Source of the DNA: the human T2T-CHM13v2.0 reference genome, Homo sapiens
NCBI RefSeq assembly: GCF_009914755.1
Contig: NC_060945.1
DNA: 64,000 bases
Reading direction: 5' to 3' (one strand)
A program made the translations under genes and the position numbers. Below, piece by piece: positions 48,088 through 61,672 of this stretch; the first letter of the stretch is position 1; every line of letters starts with the position of its first letter. The notes under the pieces were generated by a model that made no database searches, was not told the origin of the DNA, and saw only the letters and a list, made by a program, of their open reading frames with translations.

Positions 48088-49569
48088 GTTTAGTTGTTTG
48101 TACCACATGTCAGCGCAAATGAAGGAGCCTGAGATGGGACACACTTTGGCCAGATCACATGGTGCAATCTGCTGACTAAAAATTGGCATGATGCTCTTTG
48201 AGAGATTAAATGCCATTAAGGAGTTGGTCTGTTTGCCTTTTGGGATGCAGTCTGATGGAGACAGCACCAGAAAAAATGGTCACACTCTCATATTTAAAAT
48301 ATAAATGAATCAACAAATATTTATATAATTTTATTGTCTACAAATACTATATTTTGAAGATTAAATGTGAAACCTTTTGCACTGTCCTAAACCCAAATGG
48401 GCAGGTGCAAAACTAATGTCAGAAATTAACTCAGCTCTCGTAAGATTCTTTATCCCAAATGAGAAAGGGTTTTTTTTTAATGATTTGAATTCCTATGTTC
48501 ACGAATAAAATGAAAGCTCTCAGCCTTATATTTGTGGTTTAGATTTTTATTTAAAATAACAACAATAAAATATGTCCCTAAAATTGCAATGCTCAAAATT
48601 GGTTTTTATGACAAAAGTTTGAAACCTAGAAATGCCTGATTTATGGCAAATTATTGTTTTTATAATGCAAACCATCATACATTTTCTCCCTAAGTGTAAT
48701 CTTTTATCAGTTCAACTGAAGAGCTTTTTCTATCTCCTTTCACATTTGTTATTTGACTAGAAGCAGCTTAGACTGAGCAACCTGTAAAACCAACCACCTT
48801 TGTGCAGAAATATCATCCAACTGGCTCTAGATTGTTGAAGGAGCAAAGTCAAGTCCAAGTTGCCCAGTCTAACAGGCTTGCTTACCTTCTAGTTCAGCTC
48901 CTTTTCTCTGAATTGAGTCTGCCATCTGAATTTGACCTCCAGATGACCATGACTTTTTCAAATCAAATGTGCAGTTTGCTATAAATAAGACCACATAGCT
49001 GCACAGGCTATAAATAACTAGAAATTATATGTTTTTTTCCTTGTCTGTTTGTACTAGCACTGCAAAACCCTTCACTTGCTGTGATTGAATAGTCTCTGTA
49101 GGCAGACAAGAAAATATAGCTGCCCAAAGCACTTCATCCTCCTAGAATGGAAAGGTGTCAGGATCCCAAATACACTGCAAGTAGATGGAGAAAATTACTG
49201 GGAAGGAGAAAATTACAAAAGAGACTTTCAGTATCTGTTTGGAACAGTGGATGATGAAAGTGGTAGTTACGTGTACAGCATGAAAATAAATTTATCAGAC
49301 AATGATGCTTGTTTCCATCAGTTATTAAAAATGGAAAAATAGAATTCTTATAAATGCTAAAATGAAACAAGAGAAAAATAATCACTGTTTTATAAAAGAA
49401 TGGGAAAGACATTTAATTTACTGATGCGTGCTCTATTCATGGCATTTAGGAAAAAATGTTAACATTCTTCATCCTCTTTTCACTGTTTTCTGTATTCTTA
49501 AAATGTGCTTCTGAATCGCAAATGTGATTTCACTAACCGGCAAAACAATGTCAGAACCAAATGCTTAGC

Positions 49570-49765
49570 CATTTGGTGTGGAGTGCGGCCAAAACGTCAT
49601 TTGGGTTTCAAAGCCTGGTCCTGCCATGTTCGATGGCTTGGGACAAGTCACTAAGCTCTTGAAGCCTCATTTTTTCTCGTATGTACAAAAGGAATGAGGA
49701 AAATGCCCACAAAGTGTTCTGAAGAAAAATAAATGATCTGTGAAAATGCTCGGTACAATGCAACT
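49570..49765 (+). mobile_element. MIR
   Basis: ttgggacaagtcactaagctcttgaagcctcatttttt. Confidence 0.65.
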
Positions 49766-50625
49766 CAACATGCGTACCTATGTCAACACTATAGTGGAAT
49801 AGCTAGAGCTTTTTCCTAGTCTGTCAACCCACTTGCTGTACTTACAGTGTTTTTAGAGAAAAATGCTTTTTTCACAACAGCAAAAGAAACGTTTATGTTG
49901 CAGCAGTACAAACCACATCCTTCAAAAGTTATACATAATGTGAATTATTCTGAATATTTTATGGAGGCCATTAAAAAACTTTATAGTTTAGGATGCAGTC
50001 TTTTTTAAAATACCTAATCCTTCATCTATAATTTATCATCTTTAAAAAAGATAACTGGCTTCATCAGTTTTGAGATGAGGGTTTTTTTTTTTCAGGATAA
50101 TGTACACAAATGCTAATTATAAAATATCTAAGTTACAACTGAAATTGTGCCTCTTCTTCCAGCAATCATAAGCATAAATGGCATATATCATCCCTAACCT
50201 AACACTGGATAAATCTATTTCTGGATGGAATCCAAATTCAAATATGAGTACTAAAACCACATTTTAAAACTAAACTCGTCTGATATTACAACTGAAATAA
50301 AAACAAAACATAAGACACTGTAAGTAAGGCCTGCAGTGGCTGGACAATGCATTTCTTTATAGGAGGCTCTTTCTCTACTTCCTAGTCAAAAGGTGAGCAC
50401 CTCTAACCTACCATTATGCCTTCTGGGAGAGGAGAAAGAGGGGTTCCTAATGTCTAAAAGTGACCCTTCATGTCTAAAGTTGAAACCGGGTCTTATAACA
50501 CACATAAATTGAAATCTGCGTGTACGAATTAGTCCATGTACTACAATACATGAATATTAAGTACTTTTTCTGAGGAAACAAGTTACTTATGTATTATAGT
50601 CTCTTGTTAAATCATGGCATCTTGA

Positions 50626-51171
50626 TGTAACCGAGTACTCTATTTTAAAGATCTTTCTTCCTTTCTTTTCCTTCCAGTTTTAGTAATGAAATGGTAACCT
50701 TTGCTCTCTTTCTTCCCACCAGGCACTCCCTGCACAGCGCTTCCATTATCTAATTACGCTTATAATTATTATTAAAATTATTAATGCTTGCTTAGAAGTT
50801 CCACTGACTGACTTAGGCACCTTCAGAATTCTCCCTCATCAGGAGATCACCTCAAGGCTGCAGTTAATTTACAACCCGATTGTGCGGGATGCGCCAGCCC
50901 ACTTACCGAACTGGATAATAACTCAAGTCTTTGGAACAAGTCCTGTATAGCAGCACCTCCTCACCCCTCCTTCATGCCCTGCATTCCAAGCTCCCCTTTT
51001 TAAGCCTTTGTTTTTTAATCCAAAATTTGAGATGGTTGCTTTGAGGCAGGAGCCTGGACCATTTCCCCATTGCTAGCTTTGCTAAGTAAAGTCACTTTCC
51101 TTCCACTGCACCTAGCCCTTGTTCTTCAGTTCTGCAAAAGCAGTGAGAGGCTAAGCCTGCTCTCAGTTACA
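50626..51171 (+). mobile_element. Solo LTR, probably ERV1 class
   Basis: Terminal inverted repeats TGTAACCGAG...CTCAGTTACA; near-TSD ttga/ctga; agtaaa poly(A)-like signal near the 3' end. Confidence 0.72.
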
Positions 51172-51495
51172 CTGATAGCTTTTAGGAAATAAAATAGTAA
51201 TGGCAAATACAATACAATGATGTTGTCCATATAATATTCAATAAAACCAGACTAAATAAAAAGGAAATTGGTCAGAAATAGAAGAAACTTAGTCAATGAT
51301 GTTCTTAGCCCAACATCTCAAGCTGTCTGGCAAAATCAGATGTAATTACAAGCAAGGTAATGGGAAGAAACATTTTACTAAGACAGGTGTTCAAGAAACA
51401 CAAAACCATGCAAAGAAGGTGATGATGCTGGAGTTATGTGAACCAAGCAGCATCCTCCTCCCCTCTTCCCTTCCCTCAGGTGAATGACAACGTAC

Positions 51496-51552
51496 GTTTA
51501 ACAGGATCTCGGGCAAGAGGTTCCTGGGTAGTCTTGAGTAAACTTTGGGACA
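51496..51552 (-). CDS. APP: APP exon 8, OX-2-like segment (57 nt, phase 1-1, alternatively spliced)
   Basis: Encodes (M)SQSLLKTTQEPLARDPVK(L); acceptor ttttttccatag|, donor GTACGT; too short for the ORF track. Confidence 0.98.
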
Positions 51553-52916
51553 CTATGGAAAAAATAAGAGAACATAACTAAAAACAAAAAGAGAAACATG
51601 GGAATGATGGCTGAAATGCACGAGTCCACTGACAAAAAAACAACCTAACAAACAAAATCACTCACTTAGGTTTGGTCCCTCCAACAAAACCAAAATGAAC
51701 ATATAAACATAAGATCTATTTTCGTAAGAAGTTAACATTTGAGAATGCTGGATATTTTGTCTCTGATAGTATATCCGAGTAACAACAGGTTTCTTAACAG
51801 AAGAGGATTTCTTGCTCCTTTTGTGCCAAATATCCCCAATTCCCTTCGATGCATTTTTTCACAAAAACTCCATTTATTTCACTCATTCATAGGACAGCAT
51901 GTGGCTCTCGGCTCTGGCTGTTTGCTGAGGCTTATACTCTCTACTTATTCTTGTCCACCCATCTAACTGATCTTCAGCCTTTGCCTTCTTCATACATTAT
52001 TCTGTCACCTTTCCCCTCTAAAATCAGGCATAGCTAGCCTCATCTAATACATCTCTGTTGGGAGCATCGACCTTTTGCAAAACCCTCAGCAAACTGTGTG
52101 CCACCCAGGACACCTGGACAGGTGCCCACTGGTCACTCCCAGCCCAAACTGATCAAAGGGAGAGAGTGTTAGGTGAAGGGATGGCAGTACTGGGGTGAGG
52201 TGGAGAGAATTTTAATCTCTTGAAGCAAATTCATCACTGCTAATAATTAAAACCAAATAAATCTCTTATTACCAAAAACTATACATGATATTTCAGAAAA
52301 TGAATCCACCCAGGGAAAGGGAGAAAAAAGTTGCAAATCTGCCAGGAAACCTCTCCCACCGGCTAAACCAGTGAGAATCACTGTAACAAAAGGCCTTTGT
52401 TCCAAAGGCTGCAGGCAACAGAATTCTCCATTGTGTTCGCAATACCTGACCTAATTGACTGCTTTGTTTGAAACTGAAGAAGGGAGTCCTTTGAGCCAGA
52501 AGCTGCAATCATCCAATCAGAGCCAGAAAAAAAAAAAAAAAAAGCCCTTGAGGTTATCAGTTCCTACACCTGTTCACACATGGGACTGAAGCAGTCATCT
52601 CATTCACTGGCGATGGCAGGAGACCAACAGGAGCTTTTCCATTACATTCCTCTTAGATCCTGGGCTCCTTTACAGTGGGGGTATTAATGGTGCAGGCCCT
52701 TCTGTTGTTTTGCTTAATCCTAAGATCTTGCTGCAAAACAATTTATATAATCCCTAGGAATCTCAGGCAGGAAATGTGGCTGCCACCCTTGCAACACAGC
52801 GGAGAATTAGGCAGGAGTCTCTCAAAAAAGTAATACACAGTTATTGAGTTTCATTTTTAGTTATCAAGCTGAGCTGAATAATTACTTCTTGAGTAGTTCA
52901 TACTTCCTACTCATGA

Positions 52917-52953
52917 ACAACAACAACAAATAAATAAATAAATAAATAAATAA
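52917..52953 (+). repeat. (AAC)n(AAAT)n microsatellite in intron 7
   Basis: Directly visible. Confidence 0.9.
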
Positions 52954-53144
52954 GCACAATTGGGAATTTCACTTGGAAGTCTGTTAACGACATGGAAGTC
53001 TCACATCTGGTACTGGACCTCCTGAGAATTACCTCTTTGGGGAAAATTTCATCATGCACTTAAGTCATCATGACTTCATATTTTTATCCCCCGGAATTAT
53101 GAAAAGCTTAATGTTCAAGAGAAAGACTTTGAAAATTATGTTCT

Positions 53145-53445
<301 letters not shown>

Positions 53446-53980
53446 AAAATTATGTTCCTCGAGCCTTATGTCATTGAAAGTTTCTCACGTTAAGTCAAAA
53501 GTTTTCTTCTACTTTCAAGAGAAGAAGCAGAAGTTTGACCTGGCAAATGTCTGTGTGCTGAGCTCGGAGGGGGCAAGACGGGCACTTCTACCCTCCGGCA
53601 TTTGAGATGCATGAGCTCAATTCAATCACATTCCCTCATCAGCACAATAAAAGACATGTTATGAACCAACTTAAAGGTATTCATCACAGCCATACACCTT
53701 ATCAATGCAACTCAAGCTGCATCAGCCAGGCTTCCAGTGGTAGACAGTATCTGCACAGGTAGTGCACATGCATAAACATGAACACATATGTACACGGACA
53801 AACACATAAGTATGCATTTGCAGAAACGGCTGGCTGCAGAAGACAAAACAGCCACTCCAGCTTTGTTTAAAAGAGAAGCACTCAAAAGTCCCTCTGGATT
53901 GCAAGACATATGTGCTACAGCTAGGAAGAGAACACATCCATGGCCATGCTTTATCAGGGAAAGACGGAGAGGTGTGCTCA

Positions 53981-54322
<342 letters not shown>

Positions 54323-55020
54323 TCAGAGGAGATGTGGGGAACCACATTTAGCATGAAAAGGCACTGTCTCTCTGTTCATGTATACACGTTTACTTCTTTT
54401 AATCCTCCCAGTGGCAACCTGGACTGGTTTATTAGGCAGCATCTACCAAACATTTACTGAGGAATTTAACTGGCCACCAGGACTAGAGATTTACACCTCT
54501 CAGAGCATGCACTGTCATCTGGTTTAATGAGTGCAGGACTCGGTAGCAATAAAAGGATTCCGGCCAAAGGTGAAAAGATCATTTGGCTGCTTTTAGATGA
54601 GTATGAAATGACGGAAGGTATCTGCACATCACAACAATTCTCCATTATAAAAAATAAACTTCTCTTTTTAAGAAGTCAACTTTCATGTAAGGAAACTGCT
54701 TTGGTTATGAAGCGAAAGTTTAAGCCCTCACAAACATCTGATTGCTTTCCTTAATAAATGATTGCCTTAACTCAAATATAAAATTAATTGCATATATTTT
54801 GAATGTTTTCCAGTGTTGGAAGCTGTCTGTCCATTGACTTTATCTGGAAACACATGTCATATCTGTAAATGTGACTTATACTCAATGACATTAACTTAAG
54901 ACCATTCATTTGTATATTAAGATATGTACTAATATAAATGGTCTTAAATTAACTCTGATTTAAGACCATTTTATTTGTATATTAAAATATGTATTTATAT
55001 ATTATACATTAATAATTTAA

Positions 55021-55210
55021 TTACATATGCATGAAGTACATCTATAACAACGTATTATTAATTCTGCTATTTAATTGATATTTATATATTAAAAATCTGT
55101 ATTATTTGTATATATTTACATACACATTAAGTACAACTATAACAATGTATTATTTAATTATGCTACTTAATTGATATTTATGTATTAAAAATCTGTATTA
55201 TTTGTATATT
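55021..55210 (+). repeat. About 95-bp AT-rich tandem duplication
   Basis: ttacata...aaaaatctgtattatttgtata twice, diverged. Confidence 0.9.
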
Positions 55211-55648
55211 TTGTATATTTACCTGACCCTTGGGCAGGAATGTTCCAAACAATAAAACGCAGTCAATCAACTCCAACTGATTAATACACACCACGCACTG
55301 TTATACATTAAAACACATCTTACCTGTCAACATGTCTTGCCACCCTCCCCAAGATCAGTTTCACTCATCCCTGATTGCCTCAAAGTCAATCAGTGACCCA
55401 TCCAATTGCATGTATAAAGTCAATCCTGAGTAGAATTATAACTCTACCTCCCATGTATATCCCATTTTTATTGGAAGTGAAACAACAGCCCAATTCTCTC
55501 TCTGGGTTTGTGCCCTGCCCTTGCTAGACTGACGCCTTAGCACACACAGATGTCTTCTTAGTTTTACTGACAGAGGAAAAAACACCTTTCTAAAAGATGA
55601 AAGCCACGCATCACCCATTACTTCCAAGTTAGGAATATTCAACAGATT

Positions 55649-55934
55649 CTTTTTTTCTTTTTATGAGACAGGGTCTTGCACTGCCGCCCAGTGGCACAAT
55701 CTTGGCTCACTGCAACCTCTACCTCCTGAGTTCAAGTGATTCTTGCGCCTCAGCCTCCCAAGTAGCTGGGATTACCCTTGTACCAGCACGCCTGGCTAAT
55801 TTTTTGGTATTTTTAGTAGAGATGGGGTTTCACCAGGTAGGCCAGGCTGGTCTTGAACTCCTGGCCTCAAGTGATACACCTGCCTCAGCCTCTCTAAGTG
55901 CTGGGATTACAGGCGTGAGCCACTGCCACTGGTC
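55649..55934 (-). mobile_element. AluS with small deletions (intron 6)
   Basis: TSD ttcaacagatt at 55638-55648 and 55936-55946. Confidence 0.92.
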
Positions 55935-58410
55935 CTTCAACAGATTGATTCTAATTAGCCAATCAAAGACAAGGATCCACAATGTCAATACAAATGGGGA
56001 CTAACTATTGTTTTACTTCCCTATACACGTTGCTCTTTCAGTAGATGCAATAAAGTACTGGTAAAACCAGAGGTGGCTACCATCACGATGATGTCAACAG
56101 GAGGGACAGTCAGCACTAAGCCCAGAAGGTGTCAAACACTCCGCAGGAGAAATGCGCCATGCAACGGACATGAAGATGATCTGACACTCTTCACGTGGTT
56201 TTCAGATGGAAACGTGGCTACGAAAGCATCAACCTCATTATCATCCATCATTAAGGCCATCTCACTCAGTACTGCTGCTTTCAAAGTCCACGCTCCCAAA
56301 GCAAATTGGATTTCTGTACACAATACTCTTACAGGATGAAACCCAACCAACTTGTTGACGTAAGTATCCCATCTACTTCGCAATTTTATTTATCTTCCAA
56401 AATTAAAGGACTGGCACCCTGATTTATTAAAAGTGAATTGGTTCTAGGGACCATATCCCCTCTGAGTTACTGACAGAGCAGCTTCTGGCCTGTGAAGCTC
56501 AAAGCCATGCCTAGATGTGAGGATCCCATCAACTATAGCCAGCAGTGGTCTCTGCTCCCAGAGCTTACCTTCAGTTGTAACAAACATCTACAGCTTCACT
56601 TTGCTTTCCTTCTCTGTATCTCCTTCACCAATGTGTACATATTCATGTCACATGCTCTTTAACGTTTCTAAGACACAACAATACCCATTATTAATCTCTT
56701 ACTCAGGCAGTGTTAATTCCAATAAGACTGCAAGGCAGCAGTGCCTCCAGAGCCTGCACTGTGCCGGGAATTGGCACTGGGATTGCAAGCACCGTGGTCA
56801 TTGCTACCAAGGGAGGCACAGAATCCCTTCACCCCATAGTCACGGGAGCATTGGCAACAAAATTTACCATGCCTTGGCAATTTATGCTGACCCTCACATT
56901 TTGGCATTAAAAAAAAGTATCATCTTAGAGTACCAAATATGTGTCTTCTTATAGATGTGTGCCACGGGCCTCGCAGTGAACATCACAGCTCTGCAGATGC
57001 ACAAACCTTGTCTTTATGAGTCTATATATTAAATAAAAGTGGTAGAATTTTGGATGGGTGCAAGTCAAGTAATGGGATAAAAGAATGATGATCGAAGGAG
57101 ATGATTCATGATAACTATGTGCCCTTATGTGAAACCTAGCAACAATTTCTTACTTATGATAAAGGCACAATCTCCCCAGTCCAGAATCTAAATGGCATTA
57201 TATTAACATTTTCCTATACCACTAATTAAACATAATGCTACATTCATTTTATTTTCTTCTGCCTCATTCTATAACAGCTATGAAACCATTTGTTATAGCT
57301 AATTCGTAGAAGCCAGGCTAAATGAGCCCTAATCAACTAGAACAAGCATTCAGAACTCAAAATCCATTTACATGTTAATTAAGTAAATAGTATAAGCTAC
57401 ACGTTGAGCCTACAACTCTTGCTGGAGTCTCCAGCTGTAAGAGCCTTAACTCCTTCCTTTCATAAAGGCCAAGAAAAGAGTGAGTTAGTCCCTATTCGGG
57501 GAGTGTTGGTTGGTTCTCCCAATCCTGTTAGGGGCAGTTGGCACTCTTGACTTTGAACGGCCCCCAAGAGTTTCACTGCCTTGGTGGAGTCCAAGTGGGC
57601 ATCATGGGCAATAGCAACAGATCCCACAATACTCAAATACAAAAGGCTACCTGAGATAATGCGGTCAGGAATGGGTGTAACAGTGTATGTTAATTTAATG
57701 TCAAATACATAATGTATGGAGAAGATGTACGTGAGGCTGGAAGAACAGGACTGACAGTGTGCTTTTGTTACTTCTCAATCTCTAAGAGACAGCTACCTTG
57801 TCCAACTGGTTCTCATCTGCTGACATGGAGGATGAGCAGATAGGCCTTCTCTTAACATGCAACCCCTCTCCTGGTGAAAAAGAGCTTCTCGTTATAATTC
57901 CCCCAATTGTCAGCAACCCTGATTCCCCATCACCTCAACTCTCACTTCCCAACACTTTCCCTCAGGGAAATAATGAGAACAGCAACTTCCTACAGCAGTG
58001 AAGCTGACTTCGGAGAGGACTGGGAAAGGAATGGAACGTATCCTCTATCACTCATAATTATATTCCTACTCTACTACAGGGAAAGGGAATGCAACTGTTT
58101 GTTTTCTCTGACTTTTTTGCTAACCCTTTATTATTCCAGAACAATTTTCCATGTAGTAGAAAAGAGAATCTTAGCCTACTCTGGGAGAAGCTGGGACTGA
58201 GGGTAGGGTCAGCACCAGCGATGTATGATGCTAATGCTTTTACACAAAGTATGAATAAGCACACAAGAAATGGCCAGTGCCTCTCAGAAGTGAACACGGA
58301 GAAGCAGCAGCATAGACTTGGGTTAAAGCAGTGTTAAGGGATTAATGTCAATTTAATAGTTGTGATACTGTACTGAGTGAAGACTATGCAGGGTCTCTTT
58401 GTATTAATTC

Positions 58411-58727
58411 TTTTTTTTTTTTTTTTTTTTTTTTTGAGACAGAGTCTCGCTCTGTTGCCCAGGCTGGAATGCAGTGGCACTATCTCCACTCACTGCAGGC
58501 TTCGCCAAGCTCCGCCTCCCAGGTTCACGCCATTCTCCTGCCTCAGCCTCCTGAGTAGCTGGGATTACAAGCACCCGCCACCACACCGGCTAATTTTTTC
58601 GTATTTTTTAGTAGACACGGGGTTTCTCTGTGTTAGCCAGGATGGTCTCGATCTCCTGACCTCATGATCCGCCTGCCTTGGCCTCCCAAAGTGCTGGGAT
58701 TACAGGCGTGAGGCACCGCGCCCGGCC
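58411..58727 (-). mobile_element. AluY with small internal insertion
   Basis: ggttcacgccattctcc and ttagccaggatggtctcg; TSD tattaattcttt. Confidence 0.94.
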
Positions 58728-58783
58728 TCTATTAATTCTTTCAACTGCATGTAAATCTACAATTGTCTCAAAGAAAAGATTTT

Positions 58784-59226
58784 TAATTTTTTTTCTTTTT
58801 TATTATACTTTAAGTTCTAGGGTACATGTGCACAACGTGCAGGTTTGTTACATAGGTATACATGTGCCATGTTGTTTGCTGCACCCATAAACTCGTCATT
58901 TACATTAGGTATTTCTCCTGATGCTTTCCCTCCCCCAACCCCCCACCCCCCCAACAGGCCCTGGTGTGTGATGTTCCCCGCCCTGTGTCCAAGTGTTCTC
59001 ATTGTTCAATTTCCACCTATGAGTGAGAACATGCAGAGTTTGGTTTTCTGTCCTTGTGATAGTCTGCTGAGAATGATGGTTTCCAGCTTCATCCATGTCC
59101 CTACAAAGGACGTGAACTCATCCTTTTTTATGGCTGCATAGTATTTCATGGTGTATATGTGCCACATTTTCTTAATCCAGTCTATCATTGATGGACATTT
59201 GGGTTGGTGTCAAGTCTTTGCTATTG
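58784..59226 (-). mobile_element. L1PA 3' end (about 440 bp)
   Basis: Canonical L1PA 3' UTR and ORF2 C-terminus ([17 protein letters not shown]); TSD gaaaagatttt. Confidence 0.95.
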
Positions 59227-59268
59227 AAAAGATTTTAAAAAGCCCACATAAAAAAATGAATATAGGAA

Positions 59269-59570
59269 GCCAGGCATGGTGGCTCAAGCCTGTAATCCCA
59301 GCACTTTGGGAGGCCGAGGTGGGCAGATCACCTGAGGTCAGGAGTTCAAGACCAACGTAGTCAACATGGCGAAACCCTGTCTCTACTAAAAATACAAAAA
59401 TTAGCTGGGCATGGTGGCGTGCACATATAATCTCACCTACTCGCGAGGCCGAAGCACTGGAATCACTTGAACCTGGGAAGCGTACATTGCAGTGAGCCAA
59501 AATAGTGCCACTGCACTCCAGCCTGGGCGACAGAGTGAGACTTGGTGTCAAAAAAAGAAAAAAATAATGA
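59269..59570 (+). mobile_element. AluS
   Basis: TSD aatataggaa at 59259-59268 and 59572-59581. Confidence 0.94.
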
Positions 59571-61480
59571 TAATATAGGAATATTGATTTTTCAGTTTGC
59601 CTAAGAGTTCTAACCTTGTCTCTTTACTTGACTCAGAGATTGGAAGATTTGGAAATCTCAGTTTGAGAAAATTTCCTTTACATCCCTCTCTAGCAATGGG
59701 ATATTAGTAAGAGATCTAACCAATCAAGATGCTCACCAAGTAGAAGAGTTTTAGAGCACTGAGACCTGAAACACATCTTCAATAAGCCGCATCTAGTTTC
59801 ATGGAAGATAAAAATATCTCAAGAGAGAGTTCAAATGCTTATGTTTACATTTTCTATTTTTCTCAATAGCATAATTTCTTCCTTCCTAATCTACTGAAAC
59901 TTCTAAAAACATCAGCAAAAAACCTGTTTCACATTAATTACTATTATCACTCAGTGGAAATTTATAAATCAGCCACTAAATGTAGAGGATGCAAAATTAG
60001 ACCTTATATAACTAAACCCAAATAAGATTCCTGTGAAAATTAAAACCGTATCTTCAAAATGTATACTATATGTAATTATTATGTCAATTAAAAATAAAGT
60101 TGAAAAGAAAACAAATTTAAGAAAAAACAAAAAACTCTTCATCTGCCTTCTTTGTTCTCTTCTCAAAATGTAAAATACTGAGAAAACTAACATTTTGAAA
60201 TCATTTTTGAAATCAAACTTATTTTTTGATTTCCAATCCACCTTTCTGTTCAAAGTAAATATCAGAGATAATAATGGAGAAAATTTGTTCAGAAAAATAA
60301 AAGCAAGAATATTTCCTAAAGAGAAATGTTAGAAACATAGGCAAAGACTTACATGGCTATCTAAGGAACCACAATCCTTTATTGATGTTGAATTTCTTAC
60401 ACTTTCAAGATCACAAATAGCTTTTCTGATATTCACTTATCTGAATTCTGCTGGCAAGGAAGCATTATGCCTTCTTTTGTAACAACTCTGCTCACTCTTC
60501 AAGACAAAATGCCATTTACTACACTGAAATGCTGGTGTATACGAAACACAAAGCAAAATCATGTGCTTCTAATAAAACTCCACGCATTTTATCTTTGTAA
60601 GGTAGGCCCTTGCTGAGATTTGTGCTCGTGTCAACGCTACATTCCATTTTCTAAAAATCAGTATAACACAAAATAATACAGAATCTAAGCCAGAGCTCCC
60701 TGGATTATACAAAATGATTATGCAATTCATTGTTCAAAAAATAATGCTCAACCACAAAAAATTAGTTCTGAATAGATATTTCAAATTGGAGTGAAATTCT
60801 TTGTGGACAACCAAGGTTAGAAAGCTGATTTTACATATTTTAATAAATTTAGAATGAACACAGTTGTGAAACTGGCAACCAGAATGGGGAGAAAATCTCC
60901 ACTTTCAAATGTACGATAATTATAATGCCTTCTTATGAAGCAAAGTTAACAGATTAGCAAATAATTCGCTGTAAATAAAGTGGTAAATAAAGAATAAAGC
61001 TGGTTTTAGAATAAAGCAAAGCTGGTTATTATTATTTCATTTTTAATCATTGAATTTCAAGTATTCTCAGCCTACTGGAATGTATGTGAAATAAAACTAT
61101 ATTCCATGTGATGTATAAATTTTAAATTTACAAATTTTGGGAAAGCAGTCACAATCAAACTAGTCATTTAGAGAGAGCTAGGAACTATATTTTCTGAACT
61201 TTTTTTTAAAAGGCAACATTTTATAGCATTATTTTCTCCATACTCTACAAGAATATCTACTTAAACTTCACATAATACAACTATTTCTCCTTTCTGACAG
61301 AAATTCCCTATCTTGAACTCTTTTTCTCCAATTTTAAGTAGAGTAAAAAGGGCAAATGTAAGACAAATATAATTTATTTTTGTAATAAGTTACTTCCTTA
61401 ATGTAACAGTGGAATAAAATGAAAACGACATAAATATTAAAATCCACTAAGTATACAAAACTTCAATATTTCAAATAAAC

Positions 61481-61672
61481 GTTATAATTTATAAATATAA
61501 TTATAATATATTAGATTATAATATATTATATAAAAACTTTATAATTTATAAATATAATTTATGTATTATATTTATAAATTATATATTATATACTATATAT
61601 TACAATATATAATTATATAATACAATATACAATTTATATACATTTTATATAAATGTTTACATAATACATATA
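61481..61672. repeat. AT-rich low-complexity (TA-type) tract
   Basis: Almost entirely A/T with internal direct and inverted repeats. Confidence 0.9.

Noticed and set aside
56517-56954. 145-aa plus-strand ORF
   Set aside because: Non-ATG start, no recognisable domain, antisense intronic location
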